Assembly (NCBI GenBank): GCA_965112735.1
Contig: OZ218955.1
Location: 3,658,001-3,722,000 of the forward strand
Length of the DNA stretch: 64,000 bases
Source: Phaeosaccion multiseriatum
Lineage: Eukaryota > Protista > Ochrophyta, other classes
Direction: 5' to 3'
Both the position numbers and the translations under genes were made by a program. The notes below the pieces were generated by a model, which ran no database searches, was not told where the DNA came from, and was given only the letters and a program-made list of their open reading frames with translations. Below are positions 40,554-54,100 of the stretch, piece by piece. The first letter of the stretch is position 1. Each line of letters opens with the position of its first letter.

Positions 40554-41533
40554 ATGAAGGGAAGGGAAGGAGAGATGGACGAGCCCCTTCAAGCCGAGAG
40601 TTCGTCTGCTGCTGATATGGATATTGGCATCTCAGATCTAGTGCAAGAACTGGAGCACTGCGGGATTGACGAGAGAGTCCTGAGTCCTTCCAAGTCTTGC
40701 CGGGAAATGCCCAACTATCCCCAGCAGCAATTGGCCAACACCCTCAGCAGGAGAAGCAGCAAAGGCTCCTCCTCCCCCGCCAGAGAGTCGTGCTTCTTCC
40801 CGCCGCCCCGCTCTTCCCCAAAAGCCAAACGAAGGGGGCAAAGGGGGGGGCAGAGGAGCAGCAGTTACGAGGGGATGCCGGGAAGGGCCCCCCGCGTGCC
40901 TCCTACGTCCAGACGCTGTCCGGGGGGCTTGGCCAAGAAGCACCTCAGGAGTCCGTTAGGCGGAGTGTATCTGGCTCCGGTCAAGCGGAAGAAGAGATCC
41001 CTGTCAGCGGCTGGCTCACCTGCTGCATCGGCAGCAGCTGGAGGGGGGCGGGGAGCAAGAGGAGGTGGGGGGTGTAGTCCCACACGAGTGGGACGTGGTA
41101 GCTGGGAGCATAGGGCAGCAGCCGAAGGGGTGGGGAAGAGGCCCAGCAGCGGTGGCAATCAACGGCCGGAGGAGGAGGAGTGGGATGAAGATGTGGAGGA
41201 GGAAGACCTCCCGTCTCCGTGCGGCTTCCCCACCACAGCCGCAGGGTCGCCCGGCCCGGCTCCGTCCCCCACGCGCAGGCTCAGAGGGGGAGGGGGGGTC
41301 AAGAAGGGCAGAGGCTTTGGCATCCCGACCTTCTCCCAAACCGACACCACAGTCTCTCACCTCAACATGCTCTCGTACGCGCAGCTCTCGGACCTGTGGA
41401 ACCACCACGAATCGGTGAGTGAGCGTGTATCACCAACTTCTCCTGCTGGTGCTGATGTATCACCAACTGCTGCTGCTACTCATGCCTGACAGCGGACGAG
41501 CGCCGACCGACCTCGAAGTTTGGCCCGTCTTGC

Positions 41534-41565
<32 letters not shown>

Positions 41566-43755
41566 CCTACCGCAAACCCTCCCTCCCCCTCCTCCATCCA
41601 CTGCCATCCCCCTGCCCACCTGCCCCTCCCCAGCACAAGACCAGCGTAGACAGTGCCAAGCCATGTGTGGATTCTCACCTCGACCCCATGCTCGCCCACC
41701 GCCGCGAGCATATGGCGAAGCAGAAACTCTCTCAACGGGCCGCAGGCATCCGCATTGCCAAGCAAGGGGTGGGGATGGCAGCAGAGGGGCACGGGCATGG
41801 GAGGAGAGGGGAAGTCAACCCACACACAAGGTACGCCTGGACTGGGGATGGATGGTAGGGGATGGCAGGGGGGAGGGGGGGCGTATAGAGGGCTCGATCG
41901 TTTATCCTCTGAGGTTCTCGATGGAGGGAGAGAGAGGAGGAGGAGGAGGAGGAGGAGGAGGAGGAGAAGGAGGGGGAGGAGAGAGGAGAGAGGAGAGAGG
42001 AGAGAGGAAAGAGCCGAGAGAGAAGGAAGAGTATGGCAGGGGTAGAGAGAGTGGGCCGTGGAAGAGGGATGAGCATGGGTAGTAGACAGGCGTGCCTCTC
42101 ACCTCTGAGTGGGCAGAGCGGGCGAAGCTCTCAGGGCTCTCTCCCTCTCTTCTGTTGCATGTTTGTCTCTGTCTAACCTTGTGCCTCTTTTTGTCTCTCT
42201 CCCTCTCTTCTGTTGCATGTTTGTCTCTGTCTAACCTTGTGCCTCTTTTTGTCTCTCTCCCTCTCTCCCTTTTCTTGTCTTGCGAAGGGACTTGGTGGAG
42301 AGCGACTGTGACAGCGATAGCAGCGGCTCTGTCTCACTCGTCGGTGACGACGAGGATGGCAGTGAGGAGGAGGAGGAGGAGGAGGAGGAGGAGGAGGAGG
42401 AGGAGGAGGAGGAGGAGGAGGAGGAGGAAATGGACCAACGCGCATCCCGCGGCTGGACACACGGTGAGACGCACGACTACCACACCACGCAGGCCAGCTC
42501 CGGTCGTGGGCCCCCCGCAGGGGCAGGGGCAGGGCAGACGAGCTTCTCTCGGCCGTCCTCCTCCCCGCCCTGTCATAGGCAATACAAGCACTTCTCGTCG
42601 AGGCACTCTGGCCTGACGAGTAAGGGGCAGCACCAGGAGCAGCGGGAGGAGGAGGAGGAGGAGCGGCGGTATGGCATGGGTCAAGGCCGGCACGCGAGGA
42701 AGGGTTTGAGGGGCGGGAAGGGCAAGTGGGAGGCTAATGTCAGCAGCAGCAGTGACAGGGGCAGCGAGGAGAGGGGTGGCGCGGCGAAAGGCGGGGGCGG
42801 GGGTAGGCCTCCCTTCTGCACCGGAGGGAGGGGGGACATGGAGGAGAAGATGGCGGAGATGACCACAGCAGGAGGTAAGGGAAGCGCTGCCTCTCCCTCC
42901 TCCCCAGCAGGGGCCTTCTATGCCCTCCCCGAGAGAAGCAAGGGTCGAGGGGGCATGGATGATGACCTTCCGCAGGCACTGACCAACCACAGCACATTGA
43001 GTCGCCTTATTATGTGGCAGAAGGAAGCGGTCTGTCACTCTTCGAGGCTCAGTGAGGCGGGGACGGTGTGCGATACGGCGTTTCCCGAGCACTGCAAGAG
43101 GTACAAGAGCTTCCGGGATGGTCAGAGGGAGAGCGCACTGAGAGGGGTCCGAGCCAGCTCCATACTGGGACGACGAGCCGGGGGGAGAGGACGAGGACGA
43201 GGACGAGGACGAGGAGGACGAGGACGAGGACGAGGAGGAGGAGGAGGAGGAGGAGGAGGAGGAGGAGGAGGAGGAGGAGGGCGGCGCTTCGTTGATGACT
43301 ATGCTGATAGCGATGACGGAGTGGTAGAGGGAGATGAGGAGGAAGACGAGGAGGAGAGGCTGCAGACCGGCGACGCCGAGAAGTACCAACACCAGCAGCA
43401 AGAGCAAGAGCAAGAGCAGCACCATGGCCAATATTCATCCATCGGGGGCCTCCAGCCTCCAGGTGCTAGCTGGATGGGGAGAGGAGGGAGGGGGGGGTGG
43501 GGGGGGCAGGAGTGGGGAAGGGGAGGTCCTCAGCAAAGCGCTTTTGGGGGTCGGCCAAACACTTTCGGAGGGCCCTCGCCCCATTATCGAGGGGCAGACG
43601 CAAGCGCCACCCTAGGTGAGGGAATGGGTAGGGGGAGGGAGGGAGCTGCCCCTCGCCCTGCATTCCGGGAGAGTGGGGGGGAGGTGAGGAGGCAGCAGCA
43701 GCAGGGGGGAGAGGGGAGGGCGAGGCCACGCTACTGCACAGATCGCACGCTGTAG
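40554..43755 (+). CDS. Hypothetical low-complexity protein, spliced
   Basis: Long ORFs 40554-41415 (GTGAGT donor) and about 42288-43755, with a probable middle exon at about 41640-41830. No domain recognised. Confidence 0.5.
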
Positions 43756-44748
43756 GAGGATGGAGGGAGAGGGCGAGAGAGAGGAGAGAGGAAGAGGAGG
43801 AGGAGGAGGAGGAGGAGGAGGAGGGGGGAGGGAGGGAGGGAGGGAGAGGGAGGGAGAAGGGGCGGAGGGGCGATGACGTTGGTCTCGTTTCTCGGCAGCG
43901 ACGAAGGCTGTGGTATCTCTATCTGCATCTCATGGTCGCTGGCACGCCAACTTTTGTCGTTAGTACATAAATGGATGGATGGATGGGAAGCGGAAGGAGG
44001 GTTTTGAAACAGGGGAGGGAGGGGGGGGGTTGACTGTGGAAGTATAGATGTATGTAGGGGGGAGGGAAGTTTTAGTTTTAGTGGGGGGAAAGGGCTCAAC
44101 AGTTTTGGTGGGGTATTTTTTGTGTGTATCACGAGAGAGGAGGGGGACAGGCAGGCGCAGCACGCCTTGGCCGATACCTCACACGCACATGCAGAACACA
44201 CGCACACTCAGTCACTCACTCGGTGCTCAGCGCTCAGCGTACATGCACCACACGCACCTCGTGTCAGCGGCAAGCAGCACAAGAACAAGAATAACAAAAT
44301 GTATGGCGTTACATAGAGCAAGTCAATTGAAGTTACCTCGTGTCAGCGGCAAGCAGCACGAGAATAACAAAATGTACCACGTTACATAGAGCAAGTCAAT
44401 TGAAGTTTGCCGCTATTGAAGCCCCGTGCCTTGTTTTTGTAAAGTGGAACAACCCCTGGGGGAGCGAGGTGTCAGGTGTCGGGTGTCACTCCTCGGGTAG
44501 GCTGCCTTACTGCCTTCAATTGCCATCGTGTCCTGCTCCTCCTCCCTCCCTCCCTCCTTCCATGCGCTTTTCCTCACCATGAAGGGGAAAAAGGACGCAT
44601 GGACGGCCTCTCCATTTCTTTGACATAGTGCGCGTGGTGCTGAGTGTCATTGCTCTATCCCTAGCACCGCACCGCCCTCCCTTCCACCCTTCTTTCCCTT
44701 CTCCTGTGCCCGCTGCTGCCACGTCCTCGCGCCCCCAAAGGGGCCTCC

Positions 44749-47163
44749 TCATCCTCGTCCCGGTCCAACGTCCTCTTCCTCCTCCTCCTCCTCCTCCGCG
44801 TCGTCGCCGTCGTCGTGGAGCTGCTTTCTCCCCTGTATGCAGAGCAGGTACTTGTTCTGGAAGAAGAAACGCTCCTCCGGGCAGGGGGGGTGCGGGTCGA
44901 TGTAAGGTACCTGAGGGAGGGAGAGGGAGAAAGGGGGGGGAGAGAGAGAGACAGAGAGAGGAGGGAGGAAAAGGGAGAGAGATAGAGAACGAGCGAGAGA
45001 GAGAGAGAGGGAGAGAGAGAGAAGCGTATGGGCAGGCACAGAGAGGCACTTCAGAGAGGAGAGCAAAAGGTGTAGTACTCGAGTCCTTCGCCAACCCACC
45101 TCTCCCTCCCTCCTTCATCCCGACCCCCACCCACCAGTGATTGGTACGGATTGAGCTTGGCCCCTTGCGTGACTCTTGCCCCGAACTCCTCGAGCGCCTT
45201 CTGATCAGCGCTAATCTCCTGCTCGCTCCATGCCGTGAAGCACAAGGGAGTCTCATCGTCCAACAGCCCGGCCACGGCGCTACTCCAGGAGGCAATTAGG
45301 CTAGACGGGTGAGGATGACCGAGGAGAAGATGGTCCAGCTCATCCCCATCAGCAGCAGTTGGCGATACAGAGGAAGGTTTCCCGCGCGGTAACGCCTTGT
45401 TGGCGTCGTGTATGCCCGAGTTGAAGACGAGAGCGAGGTGTGGCTTGACGTAGGATGGGTCTGAAGCCACGTACTCTTCGTACCTCATGCCGCGCATAAA
45501 CACTCTGCGTTGCCTGCCCGCCGCGCGGCAGTGGGGGCATGTCTGCATGACGATGGCACGGGCGCCACAGGCACAGCGAGACGGCGAGACATACCCTGCC
45601 ACATCCGGTCCTACAAAGACGATGTCTATGTTAGCGAGCCCCTCGCACTCGGGCAGCACTAAGTGCAGCACCTCCTCCCACACGGCGCTCACTGATAGCT
45701 CGAAGGTGGGGCCTGCCCCAATCACATGCAAGACGAGGGTGGGCCCCAGGCTCGCCAAGGTGCGTCCAGAGACCGTGCCCGTATCACCAACTGCTTGGCC
45801 GTAAAAGTGCCTGAGGGCGATTACGGCAGTCAGTGCCTGGCCCAGCATCTTGGTCAGCAGCAGAGGGAGCTCCCAAGGCAGCCGATTCAGCTCAAGGGAT
45901 GGGTCCCTCCAGCGTAGGTACTCCCCCCAGCCAGCCACGGGGAGGTCGCAGATGGAGTGCTTGGGTCTACCGTCGGGGCCCAAGTACATGTCCGGCTGCC
46001 AGCTGAACTCCTCGCCCTCCGTCTTGAAGAAATTATCGGCGAAGAGGTTGATGCCTAAGTGCCTCTGGTAGGTGTTGCAGTCTTGCTCGGAGTGTTCGTG
46101 TTCACGGCCTGGAAGGTGGGCCTCACAGCGCCAGTCCCTGGGGCGGGAAGGAAGGAGGAAGGGAGGGAGGCCGCTTCATTGAAACGAGGCGGGGGAGGGC
46201 ACAGAGTCGCCCTGCCCTGCTGCTCACCGAACTGCATTGTCACCCGCTTCGTTGCCTCGCCCATCCAGTAGAAGTAGCCCCCCCCCCCCAACATTTTCCT
46301 CCATGGCATCGCTCAACCCTCTCTCCGTCTGTGTCACTCACTCACCAGTGGCACTTTGGACACGGCTTCAAAGTTGTGGGGCAAGAGACGCGCGTGGCCA
46401 GGCAGCACACGCAGTGCGCTTCCAATGTGATCATATTGGACTCCTCCTTGCTCAGGTGGCCAGCCCCACCCCTGCTGTGGGTGTGGAGGGAGGCGACCTC
46501 GAGCAGACGAGTCATTCTATCTTGCCACCGCTGAGAGTTTACGGCCATGTGGGCCACAATGACCTCTTTCACCCCGCTGTGGGCAGGAGGCGCTGAAGTG
46601 GCGGCATGCTCTTGCAACCACTGTGGAGAGCTGTTCAGCGTGCGAAAGAGTTTGCAGCTGCTCTTGTGCGCTCGCTGGACCGCCTTCTGGCCTGAGGTGG
46701 GGGAAGGGGGTACAGAAGTTTAGGTTTGGGGGAGGAGGGCAGCCATCATCCCCTTTCAATCAGAGGATCCCCACTCACATCTGATATTGCAGAACCACGC
46801 TCTCTCGCATCCCCCGCACTTCTTGAGCGGATCCTCACCCGCTGGCGGTACTCGGTAGCAGTTGAAGCAGGCGGCTCCTGTGTACGCCTCTGCCAAGGTT
46901 CTCGCAGCCATAGGACACACGGGATGGGGGAATGATGGGCGAGATTTTTATTTATTGACATACATTGTAATAGTAGAAGGAGTGTTGGTGCTCCAAGGCT
47001 TGGCTTACAAATGGCCCTTCCGGACTGCTCTCCCTCCTCTCTTCCCCTCCTTAAACTCTCCTTCCCTCCCCCTCCACTCCCGCCAGGCTTCTATAGCTTT
47101 CCCTCTTTGTCTCAGCTTCCATTTTTGCCGCATATTCCTCTTTGCAGCCCCTCTCCTGCTCAT
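44749..47163 (-). CDS. MYND zinc-finger protein with MSS51/ZMYND15-like C-terminal domain
   Basis: Spliced CFNC...LKKCGGCERAWFCNIRC|QKAVQRAHKSSCK is a MYND finger. Downstream LHVIGA...DIVFVGPD...PHLALVFNSGIH...SWS...FTAWSEQE...NPYQSL is MSS51-like. The start at 47163 is inferred. Confidence 0.75.
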
Positions 47164-47539
47164 CTTCGACAACCCAAGACCTGTCCCTCTTTGCCGAAGT
47201 CAAGCAGCTTCCGCCCGGCCTGGCCGCCCTGTCCTCTCCCCTACACCTTCGCATGGACCTGAGTCCCATGAAGGCAGTGGCAGGCTTCGCGCAGGCAGGT
47301 GGGCTACCAGGTCGTCAGACGAGTCGTCTCGCCGCGGTCTGGGGAGGAGGAGCGAGGCGCACTCTATACGTTCACGAAAGCGCCCATAAGCTCCTCTACA
47401 CTCGCCGTCTTCAACTCGGGACACTCAAGGTGGTCCCGTACCACTTTGGCTGTGAGGTTAGCGGCCAGCAGGGAAAGCTCCATCGCTCGCTCGCTGGGCT
47501 GTGCTGGGCTGTGCTGGGCTGTGCTGGGCTGTGCTGGAC

Positions 47540-48444
47540 AGCTTTGAGTGTCCAGGACTTGATTGAAGGAGACACCTTGCCAGACAGGTGCTTGACCTAC
47601 CCTACCGCATTCACAATGGACAGGAACCTCGCCAGCACCACGCGGGACGCCGCCTCCTTCGGCAAGATGTCCTGCATCAAGTCCTTCTTCTCAAGCAAGA
47701 AAGCAAGGTGGGTGGGTGGGTGGGTGGGTGGATAAGTGAGCTGTTGGGTGGGTGGGTGGGTGGGCGGGTGGGTGGATAAGTGGGCGGGTGGGTGGATGGG
47801 GGGGTGGGTGGGTAGGTGAGCGGGTGGGCGGGTGGCTGGGTGGGTGGGTATTTGGGCGGGTGGCTGGCTTGGTGGGTGTATAATTGACCAACATACATGT
47901 GGCACATGCACCTTGTGTGGGGGCGTGTGTCTGTCGGTCGGTCGGAACACAGAGCGTGTGAGAATGAAGCACCACCCCCTCCATCCTTCCTCCGCTTCCT
48001 CAGAGTTAAGCAAGCCCAACACAGCAACCTGCCGTGTGTGAGTGCGTTCCTTCCCCCGACGCGCCCCGGCTTGAACCCAAACTGACGGACCTTCCCCTCC
48101 CCTCCTCTGCTCCCTTCTGAGCCCCTCGCCCCGCCTCTCTCTCCCGCCTCTCTCTCTCACCCCTGCTCTCTCTCTCTCTCCCGCCCCTCTCTCCCACCCC
48201 TGCTCTCTCTCTCCCGCTGGCTTTCTCGCCCTCCCCCCTTCCCCCCACAAAACTTTGGTTTTCCCTGGGTCTCTCGGTCTCTGTGTGTCCGTCGTCGCCA
48301 GGCTGTGTATAGGCTGGAGTACAGCATGTACATCAAACGTGGAGCTGGCCCTGTACCGGCGCCGCCCCCCAGTGGAGGCCGAGAGCGTGCTCTTGCAGGC
48401 CAGCCCCCCCCGTTGTGTACAGGGCAGTCGAGATGTACATCAAG
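47540..48444 (+). pseudogene. IFT80: Degenerate IFT80-like fragments
   Basis: YPTAFTMDRNL...DAASFGKMSCIKSFFSSK and ELALYRRRP..AESVLLQASPP..YRAVEMYIK resemble the IFT80 C-terminal half as I recall it. The last exon is spread over three frames. Confidence 0.5.
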
Positions 48445-48551
48445 GTACGTCATGCTATGTACCGTGCAGAGCGCCGAGAGGAGAGCTCTCTCGGCCTGTC
48501 TCTCTCTCTCTTGCTCTCTCTCTCTTGCTCTCTCTCTCCCTCTCTCTCTGT

Positions 48552-48595
<44 letters not shown>

Positions 48596-49037
48596 CTCTC
48601 GCTCTCTCGCTCCGTCTTTCGCTCGCGCTCTCTCCACCTCTCTCTCTCTCTTCTCTATCTCTCTCATGTCTCTGTCTCTCGCCCCCTCTCTCTGTCTCTT
48701 GCTCTCTCTCTTGCCTCTCCGACCCACTGCCTACTGTTGGCTCTTCCTCTCTCTCTCTCACTCGTGCTCTGTGTCCGTCTCTCTTTCCCTCTCTCTCTCT
48801 CGTTTGGCCTCCTCTCCCTCTCCCCCCTCTTATTCAGCGTGACAGCATCAGCGCTGACGGCTGCAGGTGTGCGCAAGCAGGAGGAGCAACAAAAGGGAGC
48901 AGCAGCAGCGGCTGAGTTGTGTTGCGGACATGGCCCGGACAGGGCTCAGGAGGGTCAGGAAGAAGGCGCTGGGCATCGTCAATGGTCAGAGAGAGAGAGC
49001 AGCAGGAGGGGGCGGGGGGGTAGAGGAGAGCTTAGCT

Positions 49038-49086
<49 letters not shown>

Positions 49087-50065
49087 CCCATAGCATCCTT
49101 CCCGTGTTGCATGCGTCAAGGCTCAGTGGTGGACAGAGGAGCCGGGCGAGTGCGGGGTCTTCACGGTGTGGCTGGGCGGGGAGGGTGAGGGAGAAGGGAG
49201 GTGAGCAAGCTGTACGCCCGCAAGACTGGAGCAGAGCAGCAGCAGCGGCAGCAGCACGAGGAGGAGGGCTATGGTACAGAGGTACTCTAACCGTCCTCAC
49301 CTCCCGCAGCACCCGCGACGAGGCAGGAGCGGCAGGTGCGTGTCAAGGAGCGGCTGTGAGGCTGTGAGGCGGTGGGGTCCATGCAGGGCGGAGGGCTTGG
49401 GAGGGTGTCAGCAGCTCCTCTGTCATGCCGGGCTTCTCGATCTATCACTTCCCTCACACCCATGTTCGGGCAGGGGGGTGGCGACGATGAGGGGGGGGCA
49501 TGTGACTACCATGAGGAAGGCGAGTAAGAGGAGAAGGAGGAGGGGGAGGCAGGGGGGGCTGTCCATGCTCAAAGGGCCAACAGAGAGACCCAGGCAAACG
49601 CACCTACGGACCCTGACAGGAACAGTTCCTCCAGCGCCAGCTGCTGTGGATGGTTATCAACCTTCCCTCTCTCAACCCCCCCCCCCCCCCCCCTACATCC
49701 TACGTCACCATATGTCGTGCTTTTCGGGTTTCTGTAGTCGGGAGGCGCTCGAATGATGAAAAATTGACATCAACGCACGCCCAGCCACAGAGATCCCACA
49801 ACAAAAAACATAAGTTGCAACTCTATTTCTTTCTTCAAATTTATCTACAGAGCAGCCCAAAAGCTACGTCGTCCCTACCACCAAAAGCTGTCAAAAACGG
49901 TCGCTGCCCCCCTCAGCCCCTGCTGTTAACACCTGCCGCCCAGGCTGATGTGTACTCCCCTGCTTCTCGAGTACCTGCCTGGTGCCTCTGCGTGCTGAGC
50001 TTGATTCTGCTCGTGCTTTGCTCGCCTTGCATCATAACTCAGCTAGCTCTCCTCGTTCCGATGTG

Positions 50066-50763
50066 TCAGCTCAATGTGCACAGCAGCTTGGAGGAGCAAC
50101 ACGAGGAGCAACACCGAGAGTTCGGCTTCGAGGGACCCGGCGTCTCGGTCTTCATCGCTCCGTCACCAGCGCTCCGTCCCCCAGAAGGGTCTGCTGGTCC
50201 AGGACCTGAAGAAGGAGAGCGCCTTCGGGGCTCTACTGAAGAAGAGCAGCTCTTCCCTCCTCCTCCTCCTCCTCCTCCTCCTCCTCCTCCTCCTCCTCCT
50301 CCTCCTCCTCCTATTACTACACTTCTTGGTGGCACTACTTGTGGAGGCTTCACAGTGCCACCACTATCAGGGCGTGCTGGTGGTACCACCGGCCGTAGTG
50401 TGCTAAAAGGAGCGACTTCACCATCATGTCCTCCTCCTCCTCCCGTTGCGATTGTTCCTACACTTGGGCGCTCATGCTCGTCCCTCCTGCTCTGGCGCTG
50501 GTAGAGACACCACAAACCATCAATAGTCTTTCCCGTTGCATAACCGTCGGGGAGACGCCATTTAATGGAACGACCCACTTGTCTGGAAGTCCACCCATGG
50601 TTCTTCAGCGCTCTCTCGAAAACATTTCTTGCAATGCCATCATCCATCTCCCCCAACAATGCCACGGTTGTTGCTTCCTCCATGTCTCAACAACCGCGAA
50701 AAGTTCTGTGCGTCTCCGCAAGCACGATGAGGTGGCGTCTGCGTCTACGCTGCGGAGCTGCTC
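50066..50763 (-). CDS. Possible hypothetical protein divergent from the GTPase gene
   Basis: 205-aa ORF with a globular-looking first 70 aa; the duplicated copy at about 27520-28240 is disrupted by indels. Confidence 0.3.
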
Positions 50764-51165
50764 TTAAGGGGGAGAAAGGGAGGAGGGGGGGGGGGGGGTT
50801 AGCTAATGGCCGGGTGCGCGCCAAAAATTCATTAGTGCGGCCCCCTGCTGCAGCAGCTGCTGCCGCTGACTGGCTGCTATTGATGAATGTATGGAAAAGC
50901 AAGTGCCTTGGTAGATGAGAGAGATCGTGCTGAAAAAAAAGGAGAAGGAAAGGGGTTAAATGGTGCGGTTTGTTTTTTTCATGATTGATAGAAGCAACGC
51001 GGCGCGGGAAAAAGAAGAAAAGAAGGAAAGGGCGAAAAGAAGAAAAGAAGCAATTTTGAAGATCGTGCTAAGCATGCTGCACACAGCAGCAGCAGCAGCA
51101 GCAGCAGCAGCAAGCACAGCAGCAGCGTCCCCCTTCCTGCTGCGAGAGCAACTCACTTCAGCATC

Positions 51166-54100
51166 ATGACGACTCAAGAGCGTGCACCCGTGGCCAGTGT
51201 CACGACGCCTTCGTCTCCCCCCACCCCCACCCGCACAATGAAAGAAGTGGCCGAGCTCTTTAACCACGTCGACAACCTGCGCGCCGAGGTGCGTAGCGTA
51301 TTACATAGTAGCTGGGGTTCTTGGGTCATGTTGCCTTGCTTCCTTGGCGAGGACGCACACGCCGAGACGAGCGAGCCTGCGGGCGGGCGGGTGGTAGCAG
51401 CAGCTGCGAGTACATCTGCCAGCTATGCACCTGCGTTTTAGCGATGCCCGGCACCCTCCTTCTCTCCCTTTTTTCTTCATTCCTCCTTTTCCGATACTCG
51501 GCCTCGCTCGTCACTCCTCGTCATGGCTGCCATCGGGGGCTGATCCTCGCATCTCTACGCACTACCGACCCAGATCCAGCGTGAAGGCATAGATGACCTA
51601 GGTGGCGGCGAGCATGGATTGGATCTTCCCCGCATCGTGGTGGTCGGTGCGTAGTTCGCTGTGGCTCTTCGATCCTCAGTGTGGGGTTGGATCCTCTCTG
51701 CCTCCCGCGTCTTGCTCTCCCTGTTTGCCCCAGCCCGCAGTCCAGGCAGATGGCTCGTCCTAACTACCACTCACACACAGCCCCTCCTCGATGGCGTCCC
51801 ACCCCCCCCCGCGCCACCCGCCCTCCTTTTCTCGCTCCCCCCACCCACCTGCCTGCTCTCCGTCCCTTCTCCTTCCCTTTCCATCAGGTGAGCAGTCGTC
51901 CGGCAAGTCTTCTCTTCTCGAAAGGTGCGAAGCAGCTGGCTCCGCGAGACTCTATCAGCCCGCCCTACTCTCAATGCCCTTCTCGTTGTGTTTGAACTTC
52001 CCTCCCCACTCTCCTCCCCTTTACCTTGCTTGTTGGCTTTTGGCCCTTGCTTGGCTCGTCCTCCACCCTGCGTCTGACCCCTCGCGCGCTCGTTTCCCTT
52101 CACCCTTTTAAATGCATGCCCATGATGCCTCCATGCCTCCTCCCCCCCCCCCCAACCACGGCTAGACTCTCCGGCGTCCACTTCCCGGAGGGGACGGGCA
52201 CGACGACTGTTTTCCCCACGGAGGTTCAGATGCGGTACAAGGAGGGGGATGGCTTCTCAGCCTCCGTTTGGTTGGACGCCCTCAACGGCGGCAACGAGCA
52301 ACGCCGCAACGAAAGGACGCTAACTTCCCCACAAGAGGTGAGGGGGCAGGCAGGGACCCTGGTGACGCGGCCCGCCCTGCTGGCTGTTGCAGACTAGGAA
52401 GCCCAAGCAAGCAGGAGGGAAGGGCAAAACCGACGTTGTACTTCATCATCATGCCTCTGTTTGTATTCGAAAGAACACCAAAGCAAGCCAAAGAGCAGAA
52501 TCATCCGCGCTTGCTTGCACGCCATTTCCCTCACCGCAAGTGTCGCTCTGTCTCCTGCTTGATATTGCAATCTTACATGTCATGGAGTTGCAAGAACTAA
52601 TGTGTGATTTCGTCGATTTTGCCTCTTTGTTTCTGTTTCTTGGCTTCGCTGCGTGTGCGTGTGCTGGCTGTGTCTCAAGTTGACCGAGGCAATCAAAGAC
52701 CTGACGACAATCCGAAAGCAGGAAATGGGGATAGTAGGCGAATCCCCCGAGAAGGTCTTCTCTGCATACGGCATGAAGATAAGGATCGAGAACAAGGATT
52801 CAGCCAACCTTACGGTCATCGACTTGCCCGGCTTGATCGTCACCAGCGGCTCCAGCAGCAGCTTCTCGTCTGGGGCTGTGGCCCCCTCAGCCCAGGAGGG
52901 GGAGGAGGAGACGAAAGCGGGAGAGGAAACTCTCATGCACGATCCCAGGAAGCTCGTGGAGAAGTACGCCGAACCCCACAACACCATCATTCTCGTCCTC
53001 GCGGAAGGCACCCAAGACATTGATGTGAGTCGGAAAGAGGGCCCAAGGACTCGCATGAGGACATAGCTACAATACCGGTGCACGCTTGTGTCCCGCGGCA
53101 TGGTGGCTGATGGTGTTAGACGAGTGATGGTGTGCGTTGCGTCGTCACCGATGAGAAGAAGCTCGGAGCTATGCGTGACGTGACGCCCTCGACTCACCCC
53201 CCCCCCCACCCCTCTTGTGCCCTTCTCGCTCCATGCTTTCGTGGGCTGGTCGTCTCCTTCTCCTGCTGCATTGGATGGTTGGGCGGCAAAAGAACGCTAA
53301 AGCCTTCGGGTTCGTCAAGGACATGAACTGGCGCAATCGTGCCATTGGCGTAGTGACCAAGGCCGACTTGGTGGGAAAACAAGGGTGCATGTCGACGGCG
53401 TCTGCCAAAGAACTCCTTCTCCACACGAACAGCGAAGACAGCAAATACTGGCTCCAAGACGGGTGGGTAGCCGTGGATTCCAGCAAGAGCGAGGAGAAGG
53501 AGATGGAGTTTTTCAATGGAGACGACTACTTCAACGAGCTGCTGGGCGAGGGCGCCAACCTCGGTGTCAAGGCGTTGGGCTCGAAGCTTTCGACGCTACT
53601 CGACCGGCGCATCCGTGTTGAGCTCAAAAGGCTGGGCCCTAAGGTAAGATGCTACTGCCGAAGCACGAGGACAAGTACAAACAGAGGGCAGAGAGTCATC
53701 TCTCCTCGTTCTTTCCCTCTCTCATTCAATTCGTGCGTGTGTGAAGTCTGCTGTGGTGGCCGACGCTCAGCGTGGAGCATCCCCTCCCCCTCTCGTACTC
53801 GACTCCTCACGCCCGCTGCTGTGCTTCCCACTTGCTCTTGTGTGTCTACTTGTGGGCCCCGTCCTTGGCGACCATCGCTCGGTTCTTCCCACTTCAGATT
53901 CACAGCACGCTTAAAGAGGCACAGGAGGGGCTGAGGCAGACTGAAGAGGACTACTCTGACCTGGAACCGGCCGCGCAGTATACAAAGGTGGCCGAATTCA
54001 AGTCGAAGTTTGGTAGAAAAATGAGTGAATCACTCCTAAAGAGAGCAGGACGCGCTGACCACAATCTCATGATCGCGGCGAACAAGGCTCATCCCCACGT

